From a virus (taxonomy: Duplodnaviria > Heunggongvirae > Uroviricota > Caudoviricetes): DNA of 64,000 nt. Both the position numbers and the translations under genes were made by a program. Positions within the stretch are counted from its first letter, which is position 1. Every line of letters starts with the position of its first letter. The DNA is taken from IMG/VR virus record IMGVR_UViG_3300031344_000001; one strand, given 5' to 3'. Below the pieces are notes generated by a model that saw only the letters and a program-made list of their open reading frames with translations, searched no databases and was not told the DNA's origin. Of the stretch, positions 57,252 through 64,000 are shown one piece after another.

Positions 57252-57859
57252 CGTCGTCCGGGAAGTCCGTAGACTGGGAGGCGGTGTTCACGGCCGACTG
57301 CGACCCATACGGGGCCGGTGCCTCGGTGCTGTTCGACAAGTTGCCGGACGCCGTCACGCAAGACGACCGGGACCTCGTCAAGCGCGTGTTCATGCACATC
57401 GCGGCCCGTCGTGGCATGGGTGCGGGAGGTCCGTTCGAGCAGGCCCTGCGGCGTGCTGCGGACCTGTTCCACGAGGTGGGGTCGTCGGCGACCGCGGAGG
57501 ACCTCGTCGCGGACTGCCGTAACGCGATCCTGGCGAACTCGCTCCGCTCGAAGCTCCGATCGCGCGACCAGGTCAAGAGGATCACGGCCGACGGCTTCGA
57601 GCTGTGCGTCCTCGCACTTGCCGAGATGGGTGCCTCGGACGTCACGATCCACGAGTGCGGAGAGGCGGCGCTCGGCGAGCAGCCCTGGGAAGCGCCCATG
57701 ACGTGCACGGGGTCACTCGTCCACGACGAGTTCACCGCGTGCCCCTTGCACGATGGGGGCGGGGCGCAATCCGCGGACGAGGCCGTGTGTACGGGGTCAC
57801 TCGTTCACGACGAGTTTACCGCGTGCCCCATCCACGATCGAAGAGGTCCTCGGCGGTGA
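57248..57859 (+). CDS. Hypothetical protein with two C-terminal CTGSLVHDEFTACPxHD repeats
   Basis: Direct repeat at about 57700-57838. Confidence 0.6.
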   Translation: MTSSGKSVDWEAVFTADCDPYGAGASVLFDKLPDAVTQDDRDLVKRVFMHIAARRGMGAGGPFEQALRRAADLFHEVGSSATAEDLVADCRNAILANSLRSKLRSRDQVKRITADGFELCVLALAEMGASDVTIHECGEAALGEQPWEAPMTCTGSLVHDEFTACPLHDGGGAQSADEAVCTGSLVHDEFTACPIHDRRGPRR

Positions 57860-58263
57860 GCGGGCTCCACCCCATCTACCTGTACGCGGCCAAGAGCGTG
57901 CAGCGTGCGCTCGCGATCGCTTGTCCTGTCTGCCGCGAGCAGCCCGGGCAGGCGTGCAAGGTCGAGGAGGGCAAGCCGGTCGTCCACGACGCGCGCGAGT
58001 CGCTGGCGTTCCACGGCAAGAAGATCTGGCTGTGAAATCGTGAGTAGGTCGGTCGTTGTCGAGTACATCGAGCTGCGCGAGCGGGTCGCCGTGGAAGCGT
58101 TGTTCGCCGAGGAGGGTGAGGCGAGTCTCTACGCGCGACTCGACCAGCTCTGGCGCGCGGAGATGTCGCCCGCCGATCGCGAGGAAGCGCAGGGGTGCTT
58201 GGCCGTCAAGGCGCAGGCGTGGCAGGCGTGGCGTGTCCCTATCAATCGTCGCAAGGAGGATCT

Positions 58264-59238
58264 GTGATCGTGACCGCTGAGATCGAGCGTCTTCGCGAAG
58301 CCTGCGACGCTGCACCCCCGCGTGCCGACGGTCGTCAGGTCATCCTCGACCCACGAACCGTCATCGCGCTGCTCGACGAGGTCGAGCGCCTGCGCGCGAT
58401 CGACGTGAGCAACGTCGGAGACATGGTCACGCTGTCCGACACGAACGCGGACCTCCGCGCCGAGGTTTCGCGCCTTCGCAAGCGACCCCCGATGGCCTGC
58501 ACGCCGTGCGAGGAGTTTAACCTGAAGCTCGCCGACGAGAACGACCGGGTTGAGGCCGAGAACGCGGAGCTGCGTGAGGTCATCTCCGAAGACAAGGCGA
58601 TCCTGCTGGAGTCCCGTAATGAGCTGGAGTGCCAGATGCACGAGGTGGTCGACGCACTCATGTTCGTCGTCGATGACAAGCCAGACCTCTTCATCAAGAA
58701 GGATGCCGGCGCGAAGATCGACGTTCTCGTGAAGAAACTTCGTTCGGCTGAGGCCTCCGTGCGTGAAGCCGACGTCGCGATCGAGCGCATGCGGACGGTG
58801 TACGAGGCGGCGAAGGTGTGGCGCCTCTTGACGATGCAAGACACCCCCATCGATGACACGTTCGCTGACGTCGTCGACGCGGCGCTAGCGAAGGAGAAGG
58901 AGTCGAGAGAGTCCTCCTCCGCTCCTGGTGGACGAGGGTCCTTGGAAGCCTTCGTGGAAGAGCGCCTCGCGAGCATGCGCGCGCGGCCCCTGATGTGGGC
59001 GACCACCAAAGAGTCGTTCGGCAGTCAGCTCCTTCTCTTGTGCGATGTAGCTCTCTATCCGCAGTCCGCCAGCGTGGCGGGGCTCCCGCCCGTGAGCGAG
59101 CTGACGCAGTTGCTCCTTGGGCCGGGCAGCGCGGGCCCCACCGACGCGATCGACGACGCCTGGGCCGTGGAGCGTGTTGATCTCGCGCGGGGGTTCATCT
59201 CGAAAAAGTGGAGCGGCGCCGTGACGCCACTCCGATAG
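58264..59238 (+). CDS. Ead/Ea22-like coiled-coil protein
   Basis: IERLRE...PRTVIALLDEVERLR. AAGGAGG SD. Confidence 0.55.
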   Translation: MIVTAEIERLREACDAAPPRADGRQVILDPRTVIALLDEVERLRAIDVSNVGDMVTLSDTNADLRAEVSRLRKRPPMACTPCEEFNLKLADENDRVEAENAELREVISEDKAILLESRNELECQMHEVVDALMFVVDDKPDLFIKKDAGAKIDVLVKKLRSAEASVREADVAIERMRTVYEAAKVWRLLTMQDTPIDDTFADVVDAALAKEKESRESSSAPGGRGSLEAFVEERLASMRARPLMWATTKESFGSQLLLLCDVALYPQSASVAGLPPVSELTQLLLGPGSAGPTDAIDDAWAVERVDLARGFISKKWSGAVTPLR

Positions 59239-59517
59239 GCACGGACCACGGACCAACAGACAAAGGACAAGGAACCATGACGAAGACCAAAGGCAAGAAG
59301 ACCGAGGGCAGTGGCGCGGACGACGCAAGGGGTGCCGCCGTCGACGCTTGGGTGGACGAGCACGAGCTCGCGCGCAAGCAGCTACTCGCGCAGGTGGCCG
59401 CGCACGTTGCGGCCAGCGTCGTCAGCGCGCCGAGCAAGAAGGTGACGACGCCGGACGCGATCGCCGAGATCGCGGTCGACGTCGCCGAGGCGATCTTGCA
59501 GCGGGTCGGCTTGTGAC

Positions 59518-59751
59518 ATGACGACGACCGGCCTCCACGACGGGGACATGAATCGCTGCTCGATCTGCGGGGCGGCCGGGCACAACCGGCAGCTCCACGG
59601 TGACGCGCTGACGCGCAGCGAGGAGGCCGGCAGCCTCGTCTACGAGCAGGGCCTCTCGTTCGCGGAGGCTGGGAGGCGGGTCGGTGTGAGCCGGCAGGCG
59701 GCTCACCAGGGCTGGCGCCGCTACGTGCAGCGGCAGGATCTGCACCGGTAG
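59518..59751 (+). CDS. Zn-knuckle + HTH protein
   Basis: RCSICGAAGHNR and GLSFAEAGRRVGVSRQAAHQ. Confidence 0.65.
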   Translation: MTTTGLHDGDMNRCSICGAAGHNRQLHGDALTRSEEAGSLVYEQGLSFAEAGRRVGVSRQAAHQGWRRYVQRQDLHR

Positions 59752-59848
59752 AGATCTGCAAACTGCTTGACGTCTGGGGGCTCTCGTTGACCGTCGCCTG
59801 GATCGACGGGACCTTACGGGAGGTGGAAAATTTGCCGCATGGCCCGCG

Positions 59849-60712
59849 ATGAGCTTGTCGGTAGACGACAAGCGGGAGGTGTGCAGCCGTCATGGCTGGG
59901 TGGGCAGGCGCGCTTTCCAGCGCGATCGCCACGACCTCTGCGAGGCGCCTGCCGAGGACGTGCTCTCCGACGACGATGAAGCGCCCGCGGGTTTGGACGA
60001 CGACGGCGCGCCCGCTGACGACGCTGACGGCGGGCACGAGACCGTCGACGATGTGGACGACGGTGCAGAGGCCGTGGCGGACGACGACCTTGGTGACGTC
60101 GACGTTGATGTCGACGAGCCTGGGGCGAAGCCCGCGCGTGAGGAGCAGCGGTGGAGTCGCGCGGCGGCGCGGCGGCGGGGCATCCCGCCCAAGAAGACGC
60201 TGGCGGTCCGTCGGATCACGCAGGTCGAGCTGGCGGCGGGGCGCGCCGAGCTGCGCGAGCTCGGGGCCGACGCGCCGTACGCGCGGCCCAAGACGCGGGG
60301 TGACTGTGCGAGCGTGCCTCGCCCGTGCCCCTACGTGGCCTGCAAATACTCGCTCTACCTCGACGTGTCCGAGACCGGGTCGATCATCCTCAACTTCCCG
60401 CATCTCGAGCCAGGCCAGATGCCGGCACACCAGAGCTGCTCGCTCGACTTGTCCGATCGCGGCGCGATGACGCTCGAGGACATCGCGGTCGTCACCAATC
60501 TGACCCGCGAGCGCATCCGACAGGTCGAGCTGAGAGCGCTGATCCGGCGAGCGCGGCCGGCGGCGATCGAGATGGGGCTGGGACCCGAGGACGCCGCGGC
60601 GGTCGGCGCCCGCCACCAGGTCGGGCCCGGCGCCGACCTTGAGGAGACTGGCGTTGAGGGAGCGGTGCCCAGCGATGTCGCCACGATCTTGGCGGGGTCC
60701 GACCGCGAATAG
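59849..60712 (+). CDS. Sigma70 region-4 domain protein of myxobacterial type with acidic N-terminus
   Basis: RPKTRGDC..PRPCPYVACKY.LYLDV...GSIILNFP...CSLD...MTLEDIA...LTRERIRQVE. Confidence 0.8.
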   Translation: MSLSVDDKREVCSRHGWVGRRAFQRDRHDLCEAPAEDVLSDDDEAPAGLDDDGAPADDADGGHETVDDVDDGAEAVADDDLGDVDVDVDEPGAKPAREEQRWSRAAARRRGIPPKKTLAVRRITQVELAAGRAELRELGADAPYARPKTRGDCASVPRPCPYVACKYSLYLDVSETGSIILNFPHLEPGQMPAHQSCSLDLSDRGAMTLEDIAVVTNLTRERIRQVELRALIRRARPAAIEMGLGPEDAAAVGARHQVGPGADLEETGVEGAVPSDVATILAGSDRE

Positions 60713-60774
60713 ATGACGGCGACGGCGAGGTAAAGCGCTGCACGCAAGCGCGAAGCACGATTGGACGAAGCTTG

Positions 60775-61086
60775 ATGAAGATCAACGCGAACGAGCACGT
60801 GGGGCACGCCTTCCCTCCGGACGCGGGCAAGAGGCTCGCGAGTGCCCTCCTCAAGCAACCAGACCTTAGCTGGGATGACTTAGAGATCGACGTGCGCTGG
60901 TTACCACCCGCACTGCTGATCTCGGCCTTTTTTAACGGGTTCCTGCAACAGGTCTACGCGACGAACCCCGACATCTTGCCGAAGGCACGACAGGTCCGGT
61001 GGCTGCTGCGCTTCGCGTTTCAGAACGCGAACTTCGAGAAGTGGATGGTCTCGTTTCAGCCTGTTATCCGTGGCGCTACCGTGTGA
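60775..61086 (+). CDS. STAS-like (DUF4325-type) protein
   Basis: G..L...L...LEIDV...LISAFFNGF. Lower GC. Confidence 0.55.
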   Translation: MKINANEHVGHAFPPDAGKRLASALLKQPDLSWDDLEIDVRWLPPALLISAFFNGFLQQVYATNPDILPKARQVRWLLRFAFQNANFEKWMVSFQPVIRGATV

Positions 61087-61174
61087 GGTCGTGATGGGAC
61101 GGGACGAGACGTCACCTCCTCACATCGCACAAGGGCTCGTCGTGGCGACTCGTCACAGTGGTAGCGTAGGCGCA

Positions 61175-61885
61175 ATGAGAACGCACTCCGACGGCGGCCC
61201 CGTTATCCCGCGGCACGACGGAAACTTCCCCGGGGCTGACTGGGCGCGGCGGCTGTTCCAGACGTACGACGTCAAGGACGTGCTCGACGTCGGTGCCAAC
61301 GTCGGCGGCTGGTTGGCGACGTGGTTTGCAAGCGGCGCTCGGCGCGCGCACGCGATCGAGCCCGTGCCCGAGGTGTTCGAGGTGCTGCACCAGGCATACA
61401 AGGACGACGATCGCGTGACCCTGCACCGGCGTGGCGTGAGCGACCGTCCGGCGCAGATCAAGGACCAGAACATCTACAACTGCTGGTCGCTCTTGCCACA
61501 AGGCTCGACGAAACTCGACGCCGCGCTGGAGTTCAAGGACAAGCCTCCGTTCGACGTCGACCTCGTGACGATCGACGACCTGCTCTCGGAGACGGGCTTC
61601 GCGCCCGACTTCATCAAGATCGACGTTGACGGCTACGACGTGCGCGCCCTTCGCGGCGGTCGGAGCTACGTCTCGCGACGACTGCCCGTGATGATGATCG
61701 AGGTCTCGGGGCTGCCGAAGATGCTCGGCGACGACTGCGAGTCGATGATCCGCGACCTCTATGACATGGGCTACGTGCTCACGAACATCAACGGGGGCCA
61801 ACGCTACGACAGCGCGGCGGACTTCATGAAGATCTTCCCGTGGCACACGAGCTGGGACGCGATCTGCGAGCCGCGATCTGCGTGA
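61175..61885 (+). CDS. FkbM-family methyltransferase
   Basis: VLDVGANVG, AIEP, TIDD and PDFIKIDVDGYD. TGG-TAGCGT 7 nt before ATG 61175. Confidence 0.88.
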   Translation: MRTHSDGGPVIPRHDGNFPGADWARRLFQTYDVKDVLDVGANVGGWLATWFASGARRAHAIEPVPEVFEVLHQAYKDDDRVTLHRRGVSDRPAQIKDQNIYNCWSLLPQGSTKLDAALEFKDKPPFDVDLVTIDDLLSETGFAPDFIKIDVDGYDVRALRGGRSYVSRRLPVMMIEVSGLPKMLGDDCESMIRDLYDMGYVLTNINGGQRYDSAADFMKIFPWHTSWDAICEPRSA

Positions 61886-61901
61886 TGCGAAGCGGTCGCG
61901 G

Positions 61902-62093
61902 CTAGTGGGGGCCAGCGCTTGCGAACTCAAGGTCCGCGCGCAGGCGCTGAATAGCTAGGAATAGTTTGCGACTAAGCGGATCCTCGTACCACGTGCCCTC
62001 CGGACCGCCGTGCGCGTTGAGGATCTTATCCTGGGCTAATGCCAGGTCATGATCGATGCGACTCAAAGAGCGCGCGGAAAGCTTCTTAGCCAT
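61902..62093 (-). CDS. Small hypothetical protein
   Basis: AAGGAAG SD. MAKK start. Confidence 0.55.
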   Translation of the reverse strand: MAKKLSARSLSRIDHDLALAQDKILNAHGGPEGTWYEDPLSRKLFLAIQRLRADLEFASAGPH

Positions 62094-62151
62094 CGTCAGG
62101 TCTTCCTTTTCCCTATGAGGGTTGGCACCGCTGCACCGCTGCACAGCTGTG

Positions 62152-62442
62152 TCAGCGGCGCTTCTTCCCACGCTTTTCGGCGTTCTCGATTGCCGCAGCA
62201 AGCGCCAGATAGCAGATGCGATCCGCTATCTCTTGGTTCACTTGGGCTGTGGACATCCCAAGCTCGCGCGCTTTGTCGGCAGTATTCGACAAGTAGTCGC
62301 CCACGGTTTTCTCCCAAGTCCCGCGCTCGTCCGCCAAGAACCACGCTTTCGTTGAGGGGTTCTTCACTTGCTTCGCCGCAAGTCGAATGATCTCGCGCAC
62401 CCTCTCGTAATCCGCAGGCAAACGTCCACCGCTCTGCAACAT
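62152..62442 (-). CDS. Hypothetical protein
   Basis: GGAGAGG SD. Starts right after the upstream stop. Confidence 0.55.
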   Translation of the reverse strand: MLQSGGRLPADYERVREIIRLAAKQVKNPSTKAWFLADERGTWEKTVGDYLSNTADKARELGMSTAQVNQEIADRICYLALAAAIENAEKRGKKRR

Positions 62443-62970
62443 TTAGTGCTCCTCTCCTTCGAGGTTGTCGATCGCGGCGCGCTGCTGCTCGATGCGCTGG
62501 CGCGCGCGCGCGTCGTAGCGGGCTGGATCTCGCTCGAACCCGGCGCGGTGCGCCTCGTAGCTCTGGCGTAACTCGCGGAGGACGGCCGCGCGACCCTCGG
62601 GCGTGAGGGTCAGCGTCGATGGTGAGCTGACTTCCACCAGGCCCGCGTCGAGCGTCCGCTTGATGTGAGGGCGATCGGTGGCGTGCAGTCGGTTCGGGAA
62701 CGTCGACTTCCCGCCCGCGTTCAGGACGAGCTCGGCGAGCGCGAAGATGTTCGTGCCCGTGATCGTCATCTTCTTCGGCGGCGGCCGCTTCGGGTAGCGG
62801 AAGCCGAGGGCTTGCGCCACCTCGTAGCGCTCTGCCTGCAACCCGCCCGCGAGGACCTCGTCGATCTCGGCGTCGAGCTGCTCGGGCGTCTTGATCCCGG
62901 ACTTCTTCGGGATCCGCGCGAGGGCTTCGCGGACCTCTTGGTCGAGCTGTGCGGATCGCTTCTTCGCCAT
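62443..62970 (-). CDS. Protein with two N-terminal QLDxE[VI]xExL motifs and a winged-helix-like domain
   Basis: KKRSAQLDQEVREAL...KTPEQLDAEIDEVL. TAGGAT 9 nt upstream. Confidence 0.7.
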   Translation of the reverse strand: MAKKRSAQLDQEVREALARIPKKSGIKTPEQLDAEIDEVLAGGLQAERYEVAQALGFRYPKRPPPKKMTITGTNIFALAELVLNAGGKSTFPNRLHATDRPHIKRTLDAGLVEVSSPSTLTLTPEGRAAVLRELRQSYEAHRAGFERDPARYDARARQRIEQQRAAIDNLEGEEH

Positions 62971-62982
62971 GCGGTGGTGATC

Positions 62983-63186
62983 CTACACCGAGCGTTTGGG
63001 CGTCTTCGCGAGTTCGTCTTCAACCGCGTCCTGCTCGGACTCGGAAAGCGCCTCCCACAGGCGCCCCAGGCGCGCAGCGAACGCCAGTTCTTCCTCGCGT
63101 GGGAGTGCTTCGACGCCGGCCTGGAGGCGTTGTGCCTCAAGCTCGTTCAGCCCCTCGAAATAGTCCTGGGTGCGTGTGCGTGTCAC
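62983..63186 (-). CDS. Small acidic hypothetical protein
   Basis: Coding-like. Resembles the small ORF at about 58040-58267 (RLxxLW...S..xxE). Confidence 0.5.
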   Translation of the reverse strand: MTRTRTQDYFEGLNELEAQRLQAGVEALPREEELAFAARLGRLWEALSESEQDAVEDELAKTPKRSV

Positions 63187-63190
63187 CGTG

Positions 63191-63529
63191 TCACCGCTTC
63201 ATGCCGCCGACGCGAATCGTGGCCTCGGCGGCGCCGCGCACGAGCGTGTTCCTGGCTCTGGCCTTCTTGGCGGTCCTCCGCGCATCGCGCGCACTCCGCT
63301 TCGTCGACTTCCCGACGGTCCAGTGGGCTTCGGCCCAGTGGGCGCACCAGGCTTCGATCGGGTCGACCTCGCGCTCGCCGTGCTCCGTGAGGATGCGCGC
63401 GGCGTCGAGGTGGTCACCGGGCTCCCATCTCTCGAATGGACCCATGTCCGGGGCCTGGTGGCTCGGCAGGAGCACGGCGTGACCAGCGCGCGTGTAGCCG
63501 AGGACAAGCGTTGACTTCTTCTTGGACAT
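63191..63529 (-). CDS. Basic hypothetical protein
   Basis: TAGGAT 19 nt upstream. Coding-like. Confidence 0.55.
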   Translation of the reverse strand: MSKKKSTLVLGYTRAGHAVLLPSHQAPDMGPFERWEPGDHLDAARILTEHGEREVDPIEAWCAHWAEAHWTVGKSTKRSARDARRTAKKARARNTLVRGAAEATIRVGGMKR

Positions 63530-64000
63530 GGCGCTGTGGTCTTGTCGGATCCTACGACGAACGTGCGGAAGCGGGCGAATTTCTGGCGCTTACCGCGTCC
63601 CGAGTCACGCCAGGAACGCTTCGTAGATCTGCCGGCAGCCGTTTCGCAGACAGCACATGTGCGAGGGCACCTCGGCGATCGGGATCAGCTTGCTTAGCAG
63701 GATGACGCTGCGTGACTGCCAGCGACGCGGCTCTTTGGCCCTGCACGCGGCTAGGCCGCCGTCGACCATGACGTGGTAGCTGGTCGCCCGCCCGTGCGAG
63801 GCGGTCCAGACCTCGCGGTGGCCGCACCAGAGTTGCCCGACCTCTAGGAGCTAGGAGGTCGTACGGCTTGACGTAGTGCCCGTCCTTTAGTTTGGCGGGC
63901 AGGAGTGGTGGAGGGCGTCTCACGCCTTGCCGATCGCCTGTCGCCCGGCGGGCGTGATCCTGTAGCGGCAGCTGCCCTTGCAGCAGCACTTGGGCGACGG

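Noticed and set aside
1-64000. tRNA, rRNA, integrase, terminase or tail genes
   Set aside because: None was recognisable by eye. A covariance-model or HMM scan would be needed to exclude divergent ones.

Overview
This high-GC window looks like part of a large phage or phage-like extrachromosomal element. The host is probably a myxobacterium (Myxococcota), inferred from the ManB/GrpE style and a myxobacterial-type sigma70-region-4 protein. No terminase, portal, recognisable HK97 capsid, integrase, tRNA, rRNA or CRISPR is visible. There are two compartments. (1) 1-19.2 kb and 61-64 kb hold mostly single-gene cassettes on both strands, many with their own leaderless promoter (TAnnnT, 5-8 nt before the start codon). 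They include ManC, ManB, two collagen-like paralogs, four unannotated Cys/Arg-rich microproteins, modular proteins joined by His-Ala/Ser linkers, a GH25 endolysin, GrpE, an atypical kinase, HNH nucleases and an FkbM methyltransferase. (2) 19.6-61 kb is a co-directional, largely translationally coupled + strand replication/early region. It encodes a HerA-like ATPase, an intein-containing SNF2 helicase, an SSB-like protein, a Dda/RecD-like helicase, a UDG-like protein, family A DNA polymerase, a nucleotidase, a DnaQ-like exonuclease, an AAA ATPase, a C5 methyltransferase, a VRR-NUC nuclease and a VirE-type primase-helicase. Strand G/C bias appears (by eye) to flip at an AT-richer intergenic region at about 19.2-19.5 kb, the candidate origin. 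The most notable observations are five. The primase, ATPase and C-terminal domains of the primase-helicase each also exist as stand-alone paralogs, with the C-terminal one beside the candidate origin. A co-regulated set of Cys-rich microproteins, collagens and GDP-mannose genes resembles a coat-building kit. Several putative polyproteins share His-Ala linkers. The C5 methyltransferase is dual-coded in two overlapping frames. An unknown all-beta domain occurs in four dispersed copies. All family assignments come from motif recognition by eye, not database searches.
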